Assembly: GCA_044220955.1 (NCBI GenBank)
Contig: JBGAQA010000013.1
Location: 45,306-109,305 of the forward strand
Direction of reading: 5' to 3'
DNA: 64,000 nucleotides
Origin: Sandaracinaceae bacterium
GTDB lineage: Bacteria > Myxococcota_A > Polyangia > Polyangiales > Sandaracinaceae
The notes beneath the pieces are model-generated. The model saw only the letters and a program-made list of their open reading frames with translations. It searched no databases and was not told where the DNA came from. Positions within the stretch are counted from its first letter, which is position 1. The number at the start of each line of letters is the position of its first letter. Positions 48,609 to 57,939 of this stretch are shown one piece after another. Both the position numbers and the translations under genes were made by a program.

Positions 48609-48657
48609 CGCGGCGACCCGGGGGCCGGACACTGACCAGGCCAGTACAGGGGGCCGC

Positions 48658-51600
48658 ATGTCGCGTGGGTCGGAGCTGACGCGTGTCTCTCTCTGCATCC
48701 TCTGCGCGCTCGCTGCGTTCCCGGTCGGGTGCGCCCCGCCTGATTTGAGTGCCAGCGAGGAGGACCTGATCGAGGGGACGAGCGATCTCGTCGCCGCGGA
48801 CGACGGCAGCTTCACGTTCGTCGACGACATCCGTCAGTGGCGGCGAGACTCGGTCGTCTTCGTTCGCTTCCCCGGTAACGACTGCTCGGCGACGCTCGTA
48901 GCCCCCGCACGTTGGCGACGGCGTCGCACTGCGTCGGGACCTTCGGAAGCGGACCCACCATGGCGTGCTTCGGCGCGCAGAATCCGAGCGGCACTGGCGC
49001 GCTACCAGCGGGGATGCCGCCGCAGCAGTGCTTTGCGGTCGTCGGGTGCGCGACGCACCAGGGCTCCCAGCGCGCTTGCGGTGACGGTCGGACCGACGCC
49101 AACGCACAGCGGGACCGCGACATCGCGATGCTGGTGCTCGAACAGCGCTTCGATCACGGTCAGACGGGTAGACGCACCCAGGACTTCCATGTCGTGCCCG
49201 CGCAGCTCGTGGCATCGGACCCTGGCAATGACCCGAGCCAATGGAACTCGCATCCTGTCCGCGTCGTCGGTTACGGTCCAAATGGCGGATGCCCCGAGAC
49301 GGGTGTGCCTGGCACCTTCGGCCCGCTGCGCAGCGTCGGCGGCACGAGCGTCCGGTACGGCAACGTTCCGCTCGCCGACATCACGGCGACGATCGATCTG
49401 TGGGCTGCCGTCAGCATGGGGGGCGATAGTGGCGGTGCAGTGTTCGTGGATCGGCCTGACGAGGACGGGCCGCTGCAACTGCTTGCGGTGAATACGTACA
49501 CCTACTTCGCGGCATTGAGCCCGTGCCCACCGTATGCCGATGGCGTGGATGCACACGATCGGGGCACACGCGTCACGTACGCTGACGTCCAGTCCTTCCT
49601 GGCCCGCTTCCTGGGGCAGCGCTTCCTCGCGCCGCCGCCGCCGCCGTCGATGCCAGCCGTGGCCGGCGAGCTCGTCTGCCAGGCCGGTGTTCCGGCGCTG
49701 TGGCTCGGCGACGTGAACGTTGCGCCGGTGGGGGAGCCCGAGCGCGTCGGCTTCGTCGACCCGGCGACCGGCCTCGCCGCAGATGTGTTCGATCCGGACG
49801 GCGATGGGCTCGCAGGAGCGGCGGACAACTGCTGGGGCATCCGCAACGACGATCAGAGGCTGGGCGACCCGACGAACCCCAGCCTCGCGTCGTGTGTGCG
49901 GCCCTCAAGCGGCGCGACGGTCTCGTACGGCTGCGACCCGGCGACCTCGAGCGCACCCGGGGCGCTCGAGACCTCCATCGATCCGGACGGCGACCGGATT
50001 CCGACGCCCTGTGACATGTGTCCGTGGGTCCGCGATTTCGATCAGCGCGATCGCAACGGGAACGGGATCGGCGACGCGTGCCGCTGCGGCGATCCGCGGG
50101 TGCCTCCGGGGGCGCCGTGCGACGTGGACACGGACGGCGACGAATACCCAGACGACGTCGATAACTGTGCGGGCGTGCCCAACGCCGATCAGCGCGACTG
50201 CAACGCGGATGCCGAGATTCACGTGCCAGGCGCCGCCGTGCTCGGGGACGCGTGCGACACGACGCCTTGCGTGACCACGGTCATCGAGAGCGACACGGGG
50301 CGCGGGGACGCCAGCGCGATCGTCATCGACCGGGTGCGAGGGGATCCCACCGGGACTTCGCCTGGCTCCTTCCGCACGGGCTTCCGCTTCTGCCCCTGTT
50401 CGGTCGCGAGTGACAACTCGTCCACATCGCGCGACCGCTGCGAGTCTTTCAACGTGTCGGACCGGTCCGGCGGCTGCGAGATTGCTAACCCGGCCCTCTT
50501 CCTCCTCCCGACGACGCCGCCGCTCGAGCGCGCCGACTTCCGTCGGGTCACGCTCAGCCCCGGCTCCGTCGATTCGGTCGGGCGGGTCGATCTGGTGCAC
50601 GACCTGCCCATCGTCTTCACCTTCGACTCCGGGTGGGACATCACGCGGACGGATGCTCCCCGGTGGGAGACCGCGTTTCCGACGTTCTACCCCGCGTCCA
50701 CGTCACCGAGCCCACCCGCTAGGGGCACCCCGATCCACGGCGTCTTCTGGAGCCTCACGTTGGGGCCGACCGCGGGTACACCTTTCGGCGGCGACCCGGC
50801 GCGTCTCGCGAGTAGCTACTTCAGCGGGCCGATCGCGGACACGTTCGCCCTCGTCGGGACTCCGCCACCGCGCGAGCCGTTCGTGCCGTTCCTGCCCCTC
50901 CCAATGGACAACGGGTTCTGTGTGTTCTGTGGCGACCAGCTCCCGATCCCGTGGGCCGTGCTCCCGTGTCTCGATCGGCGCTGCACGGGCCTCGACCCGA
51001 CCGATCCGTCGATCGCGCTGCGCGACGCGCTGGTCAGGCCGAGCGTCGCGCCCGCGTTCCATCCGCCGGGGCTCGAGCTGCTCGGCGGGCTCGGCACCGC
51101 GCGGTGGGCGGCCGCGCCCGAGCCCTTCGCGCTCGACGACGCCGCAGCGCTCCGGTTCGTCGCGCTCGACGCCTCGAGCGCTCTCCCCGTGCGGCTCCTG
51201 ACCGGCGCAGGATCGCTCGCGAGCTTCGGCAAGGGTGGGTGCCCGCCGGAGCAGCAGTGCTTCCAGTTCCCGCTGACGAGCGCAGCGACCGTCGACGCCG
51301 CGGGGAAGGAGTCGCCGCCCGAGCGGAGCGACTTCGCGCTCGCCGTCTCCGCGACACGCGCCTGCGCGTGGATCGTGGGCGGGCGAACGAGCGGCGGAGC
51401 GGAGCTGCACGACGTGTGGCTCTACGGTGCCACCAACGCGAGCTGGCAGCCCTTGATCTTCACTGGCGTGGCCCTCGGACGCGTGCGAGCGCTCGCCTAC
51501 GCCGCCGACGAGCAGGCGCTTTATCTGCTGGACGAGATCGACGCCGGTCGGCGCGCATCGGTGCGCCTAGTGCGTGCCGCTGCGTTCGGAGGTGCGGCGG

Positions 51601-51911
51601 TCGTTGTGGGCACGTGGCCGCGCTCGCGGGTGAGTGACGCCGTCGTGCTCGCGGCGGACGGCCGAGCGCACCTCTGGCTGGGTGCGTCGAATGGTGGCGC
51701 CCACGCCGTGACGCGCCTCTCACGCGACGCGCGTGATCGATGGCTCGCGGACGGGTTCCGCGCCAGTCCCGGGGCGCTCGAACGGGACGGCGCCTACGCG
51801 AACGTGCGCGGCCTCTCGATCGCGGTGCGTCGAGCGGACGGGCGGAGCGAGATTGTCGGCTACGACGCTCGGGACCTGGTCCCGCGCGGGGGGCCGGAGC
51901 GATGCTTCTGA
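48658..51911 (+). pseudogene. Large secreted trypsin-like serine protease with thrombospondin type 3 repeats; frameshift near 48905
   Basis: First frame: lipobox and CSATLVAP; second frame: LATASHC, RDIAML, GDSGG, D.DGDG..DNC repeats; one extra C in the C5 run at 48902-48906 restores the frame. Confidence 0.8.
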
Positions 51912-53242
51912 TTCGCGCATCCGTGGGCCTCGCCGCGGCGCTGCTTCTCGCTACGTGCAGTATCGGGCGGCCAGTTATCTGCCCTGACGGCTGCGCGCCC
52001 CCGTTCGACGCGGGCCCGGACGGCGGCCCTGCGGACACGCGCGGCCCTTCCGACGCGCCGATGGACTCCGGCCGCGACGGCTCCACGCGCGACTCGGCGC
52101 TCGATGGCGGGCCCACCGACCCGGGCTGGGCGCTGCTTCCGGGTCTGCCGACGGGCTGCGTCGTCGAGCGCGCGGAACACCCGGAGCGACTCCCGGTGCC
52201 GAGCTGGGAGAGCTGCGGCGAGGGCTGCCAGCGCGCGGCCCTCGATTTCGCGTTGGGGCCCGCCTCGCGCGACGGCTTCTATCGCGACGGACGCGGCTGG
52301 GTGTACCTCGGTGGGCCAGACGGGCCACCCGGGACCACGCGGGGTTGGACGGCGATCGCGCCGGTCGACGGCGCCGGAATCGCGGGGTGGCGATACGATC
52401 TCGGGGCGCCGGTGCCCTATTGCAGCGTGCGTTTCCCGTCAATCGACGATGGCCGATGGGCCGTCGTGCTTCACTTCGTCGGCGATCGCGAACTGGACCT
52501 GGTTGAGGAGCGCATTTATTCGGGGTCGCTCGACGTCAGCGGGACGCCGGAGACGCCCGTGCTGCTCGTCGAAGCCCCGTTCGTCGGACGCTCGCGCACC
52601 GTGCAGCACCTTGCGCCGACCCCTGAGCTGCTCGCGGTGGAGATCATCGGCGGCGAGATTGCTGTGTCTCATGGCGGCACGTTCGCGGACGTGTTCACCG
52701 CCTCGCCGACGAGCGGCGCCTATGACGCGTCCGCCGAGGGTGACCACGTCGTCTTCGCCGACGTGATCAGCGACTGGCGCCTGATGCACTGGACGCCCGA
52801 GACCGGCACAGAACCGTACTACGATCCGGTCGATCTCGTGGCCAATCCGCTGCTCGACTCGGGTGTCCTCGTCTGGGCTCGCGGCGCGGACTTCGACCCG
52901 ACGACCGGGCTCGCGACGCGCGCCGAACTGTGGAGTGCGCCGTTCGTTCGTGAAGCCACGGCGCTGTCTCCGACGTTCGTGGCTCCCAGCGTCGATCCAA
53001 CCGACGCGCGTTTCTACGACGGCGTATACGGCTGGGTGACGGCGAACGGCCCGGGGTTCGAGGCGCGGCTCGTGGACGTGCCGAGCGGCCGGGTCCGCAC
53101 ACTGCGGCACCCGCGGGCGGACGTTGCATGCACCGCGGTGATCTACGTCTCGCGCACCGAGGTGCTGGTCGAGTGTGCAGACCCCGGCGTCCGAGGGACC
53201 GTCCTCTATCGCCTCGACCCCGACGTCCACGCGCGAGCGTAG
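51902..53242 (+). CDS. Hypothetical secreted protein/lipoprotein, beta-rich
   Basis: MLLIRASVGLAAALLLATC signal, Asp/Gly linker, W.SCG.GC; overlaps the protease end. Confidence 0.75.
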   Translation: MLLIRASVGLAAALLLATCSIGRPVICPDGCAPPFDAGPDGGPADTRGPSDAPMDSGRDGSTRDSALDGGPTDPGWALLPGLPTGCVVERAEHPERLPVPSWESCGEGCQRAALDFALGPASRDGFYRDGRGWVYLGGPDGPPGTTRGWTAIAPVDGAGIAGWRYDLGAPVPYCSVRFPSIDDGRWAVVLHFVGDRELDLVEERIYSGSLDVSGTPETPVLLVEAPFVGRSRTVQHLAPTPELLAVEIIGGEIAVSHGGTFADVFTASPTSGAYDASAEGDHVVFADVISDWRLMHWTPETGTEPYYDPVDLVANPLLDSGVLVWARGADFDPTTGLATRAELWSAPFVREATALSPTFVAPSVDPTDARFYDGVYGWVTANGPGFEARLVDVPSGRVRTLRHPRADVACTAVIYVSRTEVLVECADPGVRGTVLYRLDPDVHARA

Positions 53243-53565
53243 CGCCGCATCGAGCAACCTCGGTGCGTTTCGCGACGGGTTATGGCCGCCCCGTGGAATC
53301 CGGGCCGTCCGGCGCCTTTTCGAGCGGCACGGGGCGTGTGAAGGCTGCGGGCGTACGCCGCTTGAGCGCCGGTTTCTCGCACCGGTCGGGGGCACGCGAG
53401 CGGGAACGTTGTGGTCTCGGTGCAGGGGGCACGACGTCCCGGCGCGGCCGGCGAGGCCCGCGGGCGGCGCGGCAGGGGTGATCGGCGGGAACTCGGTTCG
53501 CGTCTCCTGCGCGGGCGAGCGAGGGACGGATCCGTGCGTCCCCGCTCGCGCTCTCGCGCGGCCGG

Positions 53566-53755
53566 TCAGGGGGGAGTCGAAGGTCTGGTGCTGGTCGGGC
53601 GCCCCGCGGGCGGGGTGCAGCGGCCTCGCTCGCTCCAGAGGGAGAGGTGCTCGAGGCGGCGGCGTACCTCTTCTCTGTCGTGGAGCACCGCGACGAACCT
53701 CAGCCACCCGGTGCACCTCGGGCACTTCAGCACGTCCAGGCCGAAGCTGTGCTTC
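53566..53755 (-). pseudogene. C-terminal remnant resembling IS91-family (Y2) transposase tails
   Basis: KHSFGLDVLKCPRCTGWLRFVAVLHDREEVRRRLEHL zinc-ribbon tail; fused directly to the IstB remnant. Confidence 0.6.
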
Positions 53756-54120
53756 ACGACCGCGGCGCAGCTCATCGACGAGCTCTCGGCCGCGAGCCGC
53801 GAGGGCAAGCTCACGAGCGCGCTCGCGACGTACATGAGACCGCATGTGCTCGTCGTCGACGAGGTCGGCCACCTCGCGTACGGCGACGAGCGGCGAACGT
53901 GTTCCTCCGCGTAGTCAACTAGCGCCACATCCGCAAGCGCTCGATGATCTTCACCACGAACAAGAAGCCCAAGAGCTGGGGCGACGTCCTGCACGACGAC
54001 GATCTCGCCGAGGCCATCGTCGACCGCATCCTCGAGCGAGGTCGCCTCCTGCGCCTCGATGGCCCCTCGATTAGGACCAAGCATTTGGCCACGAGGAAGT
54101 CGTCGGCGATGATCCTCAGA
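53750..54120 (+). pseudogene. istB: IS21-family helper ATPase IstB, 3' half with frameshift and stop
   Basis: FTTAAQLIDEL...VLVVDEVGHL / ANVFLRVVN* ..SMIFTTNK...WG.VL.D..LAEAIVDRILE.G..L.L.GPS.R. Confidence 0.85.
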
Positions 54121-54139
54121 CCACGATTCCACCGGCCAA

Positions 54140-54179
54140 AGCTTCCGGAAAAACGCCGGCAGAATTTCCGGAACGCACA
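54140..54179 (+). repeat. Probable IS21 right end: two TTCCGGAA subterminal repeats, ending in CA
   Basis: gcttccggaaaaacgccggcagaatttccggaacgcaca immediately after istB. Confidence 0.55.
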
Positions 54180-54506
54180 GGGCGCAGAGCATGGGGCGCT
54201 CCGGTGCTCGGCTGCGCAGATCACGCGGGATCGCGACGGCGATCGGCGGGGGTGGCGGCGGCCGCCGCCGGTCGGCGCTGGTGATCGATCGGCTCTTCTC
54301 CGTCTCGGACGACGTAGACGTATGGAGCCGAATACCGGCTGTCCACTCAGCGCGATTTGGCCCAGTCAGGACTCGTTACGACCCGCCCCAGCGAGGGGAG
54401 CGGAGCAGGGGGTGGGGTCCGGAGCGACCGGAGTGTCGTGGACGTAGGGAGCGGAGCGGCCCCACCCCCGGCGGCAGCCACTGCCGAACCTCTCCTTCTC
54501 CTTCTC

Positions 54507-54660
54507 TCAGGCCCGCGAGATCCGTCCGCTCGCCACGCCCTCTCTCAGCCGCTTCATCTCGACCGTCTCGGCGAGCACGATCAGCGTCGAGCCGCTCACC
54601 AGCGTGAACTCCGGGTCCGGGTTGTACTCGTAGCGGCCGTCGGGCATGCGCACCGCGATC
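54507..54660 (-). repeat. 154-bp direct repeat, copy 2: current 3' end of the K+ channel gene
   Basis: Matches 48163-48316 with 4 mismatches. Confidence 0.95.
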
Positions 54661-55577
54661 ACGAGGACCTTCGTCTCCCTGCGGATGTTCGTGTCCTTCA
54701 GCTCGGCTCCCACGAGCGAGCTCGTCTCCGGGATCGCGACCTCCTCGATGCGGAGGTTCTTCTTCGGGTCGCGCAGCATCAGGTCGATGAACTCGACCAC
54801 GGTCGGACGGATGGCCTCCGACGCGAGGCGCAGGCCGCCGATCTGCGTCGGCGAGACGACCGCCTTCGCGCCGGCGCGCATCATCTTGCCGCGCGAGGCG
54901 ACCTCGCTCGCCTTGGCCACGATGCGCGCCTGCGGGTTCAGCGCAGAGGCGGTGATCGTGACGAAGAGGTTGTCCTTGTCCTCGGAGAGCGCCGCCACGA
55001 CGCCCTGCGCGCGCTCGACCCCGGCTTCCTTCAGCGTCTCGTCGTCGGCGGCGTCGCCGACCACGTAGGGGAACTTGTCGGGACCGAATCGCTCGGCGAG
55101 CTCGAGCAGGCGCTGCTCGCTCGTGTCGATCGTGCAGAACGGGATGTGCGAGTGGATCAGCTCCTCGATCACGTGGATGCCGGTCGTGCCGGCCCCGCAG
55201 ACGATGATGTGGCTCGAGAGGCGAGAGAGGACCTGCTTCATGCGGTTTCTCCGGAGGGCGCCGCCGAGGTCGCCCTCGACGATGAACGCCGTGATCGTGG
55301 AGACGAAGTAGACGAGCGTGCCGGACCCGAGGACGATGAGGCCGATGGTCCAGACGCGCGCGTACGGGTGCTGGTCGAACTCGTGGAGCGTGTGCGAGTA
55401 ACCGACCGTCGAGAGCGTGATGATGGTGAAGTAGATGCAGTCCCCGAACGTCCAGTCGCCCCCCCCGATGACGGTGAAGCCCCCGGCGCCGATGAAGATC
55501 ACGGCGAGGAGCCAGAGCGTGGCGATGACGAGCCTGTCGCGCAGCAGGCTCCTCTGCTCCTGGACTCGCTCGCGCAT
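54507..55577 (-). CDS. Two-TM potassium channel with RCK-N/RCK-C (TrkA) domains
   Basis: YFTIITLSTVGYS pore, HIIVCGAGTTG, GDAADDETL..AG, DKDNL, VIAVR...YNP. Confidence 0.9.
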   Translation of the reverse strand: MRERVQEQRSLLRDRLVIATLWLLAVIFIGAGGFTVIGGGDWTFGDCIYFTIITLSTVGYSHTLHEFDQHPYARVWTIGLIVLGSGTLVYFVSTITAFIVEGDLGGALRRNRMKQVLSRLSSHIIVCGAGTTGIHVIEELIHSHIPFCTIDTSEQRLLELAERFGPDKFPYVVGDAADDETLKEAGVERAQGVVAALSEDKDNLFVTITASALNPQARIVAKASEVASRGKMMRAGAKAVVSPTQIGGLRLASEAIRPTVVEFIDLMLRDPKKNLRIEEVAIPETSSLVGAELKDTNIRRETKVLVIAVRMPDGRYEYNPDPEFTLVSGSTLIVLAETVEMKRLREGVASGRISRA

Positions 55578-55648
55578 CACGCCGGGAGTGTCCGGGAGGC
55601 GCTCGTGCGTTTCAATGGCGATGAGCCGATGGCCGACGACGTGAGCGC

Positions 55649-57157
55649 GTGACGGAACCGGTGGCAGCACCCTCGAGCGCCCGCGGCGTCGCGCTGATGA
55701 CCGCGGCGAAGGCGTTCTTCGTCGTCGGAGGGCTCGCCGTGCAGCTCGGCCTTCCGCGCCTGCTCCGCTCGCCCGAGGAGTACGGCCTCTACGCCGCCGC
55801 GACGGCGCTGCTCGCCATCCTCACGAACACGCTGACGCAGGCCGCCATGCAGACGACCAGCAAGCACGCGAGCGAGGGCGGCGAGAGCCTGCGGACCTCG
55901 CTGGTACTGGCCGGCGCGCTCGGCGGCGCTCTCTCGCTCGCCCTCTTCGCCCTCGCGGACACGCTCGCCGTCCGCGCGCTGCACGATCCGCTCCTCGGCC
56001 CCCTGCTGCGTGTCCTGAGCGCGCTCCCGCTCGCGTACGCGATCTACGCGACCGCCATCGGCCAGCTCAACGGCCAGCGCGACTTCGCGCGGCAGGCGCG
56101 GCTCGACGGGAGCTTCACGCTCGTGCGCACGACGGGTCTGCTCGGCGGCGGCGCGCTGGCGGTCGGCGCGCTCGGCGCGGTGATCGGCTTCGCGTCGGCG
56201 GCCTTGGTGATGGCGTGCGTCGGGCTCGTCTTCGTCGGCATCGGCCGCGCCCGCGGCCCTGTCTCGCGTCGCGCGTGGCTCGCCTTCTTCGCGGGCGTGG
56301 CGCTCCACCAGCTGGCGCTGAACGGCCTCCTGCAGCTCGACGTGGAGATCCTGAAGTCCCAGGTCGCCACCCTCGCGAGCGACACGGGTGCGTCGTCGGT
56401 CGAGGCGGCGCGTCGCGCGAGCGAGCAGGCGGGCCTGTACCGCGCGGCACAGTCGATCGCGTTCGTGCCCTATCAGCTGGTGCTCGCGGTGACGCTCGTC
56501 CTGTTCCCGACGGTCGCGCGTGCGCGCACGCTCGGCGACACCGAAGGCGCGCGGACGGCGCTGCGCGGGGCGCTCCGCTTCGCGGCGATCGCGCTGGTCC
56601 TGACGTCGGCGCCGATCGCGGGCGGCGGCGACGCGGCGATCCGGGTGCTGCTCGACGCGCGCTACGCGCCGGGTGGCGACGCGCTCACGATCCTCGCCCT
56701 CGGGCAGATCGCGTTCACCCTCTTCGTGGTCGGCTCGACCGCGATCTCCGGCGACGGCTCGCCCTTCGCCGTCGCGCTCTCGGCCGCGGCGGGGCTCGGC
56801 GTGACCCTCGTGGTCGCGGTCCTCGGGATCGACGCGGCCGGAGCGTCGGGCCCCGTGCGCGTGGCGGCCGCGAGCGCCGCAGCGGGGGGCTGCGTCGTGG
56901 CGCTCGTGATCGTGCTCGGGCTGGTGGTCGTCCGCTTCGGGTGGGGCGCGCTCCCGTGGAGCACGCTGCTGCGCGGGTCGCTCGCGGGCGCCGCCGGGTT
57001 CACCGTCACGCGCGTGCTGCCGCACGCCGGGCGTCTGGACTCGCTGCTCGCGCTCGTGCTCGGCGCGCTCGCCTCGCTGGCGATGCTCGCGCTCAGCCGC
57101 GAGCTGGGTCGGGACGACGTGGCGCTCGTGCGCCGCGTGCTGCGGCGCGGTGGCTGA
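55649..57157 (+). CDS. MOP superfamily flippase (Wzx/MurJ-like)
   Basis: About 12-14 TM segments; ARGVA, L.RLL.SPEEYGLY, AGLY.AAQ.IA..PYQ, LFP.VA. Confidence 0.75.
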   Translation: MTEPVAAPSSARGVALMTAAKAFFVVGGLAVQLGLPRLLRSPEEYGLYAAATALLAILTNTLTQAAMQTTSKHASEGGESLRTSLVLAGALGGALSLALFALADTLAVRALHDPLLGPLLRVLSALPLAYAIYATAIGQLNGQRDFARQARLDGSFTLVRTTGLLGGGALAVGALGAVIGFASAALVMACVGLVFVGIGRARGPVSRRAWLAFFAGVALHQLALNGLLQLDVEILKSQVATLASDTGASSVEAARRASEQAGLYRAAQSIAFVPYQLVLAVTLVLFPTVARARTLGDTEGARTALRGALRFAAIALVLTSAPIAGGGDAAIRVLLDARYAPGGDALTILALGQIAFTLFVVGSTAISGDGSPFAVALSAAAGLGVTLVVAVLGIDAAGASGPVRVAAASAAAGGCVVALVIVLGLVVVRFGWGALPWSTLLRGSLAGAAGFTVTRVLPHAGRLDSLLALVLGALASLAMLALSRELGRDDVALVRRVLRRGG

Positions 57158-57845
57158 CGAGGACGAGCGCGAGCGCGAGCCACGCCGCGAGCGCGACGGG
57201 AGACGCCGCGCCGCGGCCGGCCCGGCAGCCGCAGCTCCCATGCACCGGTGGTGGTGGCGGTCGCGCACCGCCGGGGCCCGCGGCGAGCGTGGTCGTCTGG
57301 CCGTGGATCTGGTAGCCGACCTCGACGAGCACGAGGGTGAGCGCGCGACCCTCCACCGACGTGGCGCGGTACGCCTCCTCGACGGCCTCGACGTCGGGGC
57401 GATCGATGGCCGGCAGCCCGAGCGGCGCGCACGCGACCTCGTCGCGATCGAAGAGCGCCTCCACCTCGCGCACGGCGTCTTGGCCCTCGGTGATCGCGCC
57501 CGAGGCCGCGCGGGCGCCTCGGAGCATGCGCGGCCCGAGCGCGCCGACCGGTGAGGCCTGCACCATGTCGGTCGGCACGGCGCAGATGCGCCGGGGCGAC
57601 TGCACGGCGAACTCGTCGAGGATCGTGTAGCTCGTCTGCGGCTCGCGGTCGCCGTGCTGGTAGGTGATGCCCGCGCCGACCGCGACCAGCGTGCGCCCCG
57701 CGAGGGCGTCGCGATCGACGAGCCGCACGCGGTAGCCGGGCGGCGTGTGCTCCGGCGTCTCGATCACGTCCGCCGCGCAGGGCACGGCGGCGCCCAACCC
57801 CAACGCCAGGACCAAGGCCCTGCCGAGCCACGTTCGTCGATGCAT
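57093..57845 (-). CDS. Secreted hypothetical protein with MYXO-CTERM-like tail
   Basis: Signal peptide ending ..ADVI; C-terminal GSCGCRAG...ALAAWLALALVLV. Confidence 0.7.
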   Translation of the reverse strand: MHRRTWLGRALVLALGLGAAVPCAADVIETPEHTPPGYRVRLVDRDALAGRTLVAVGAGITYQHGDREPQTSYTILDEFAVQSPRRICAVPTDMVQASPVGALGPRMLRGARAASGAITEGQDAVREVEALFDRDEVACAPLGLPAIDRPDVEAVEEAYRATSVEGRALTLVLVEVGYQIHGQTTTLAAGPGGARPPPPPVHGSCGCRAGRGAASPVALAAWLALALVLVSHRAAARGARAPRRPDPARG

Positions 57846-57939
57846 CTCGATGCCCCCTCGCTGCGGAGGGTACGCGATCGACGCGCGCCGCGGACGAAGT
57901 CTCCGGAGCCCCCGAGGGACGGGATACACTCGCCCGCCC

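Larger units (their letters stand above)
48317..54506. mobile_element. Degraded genomic island inserted in the 3' end of the K+ channel gene
   Basis: Bounded by the 154-bp direct repeats; contains IS remnants, gene fragments and visibly weaker GC3 bias; no integrase seen. Confidence 0.7.

Noticed and set aside
53243..53565. IS91 oriIS/terIS or an ncRNA in the non-coding gap
   Set aside because: No recognisable terminal motif or convincing structure was found.
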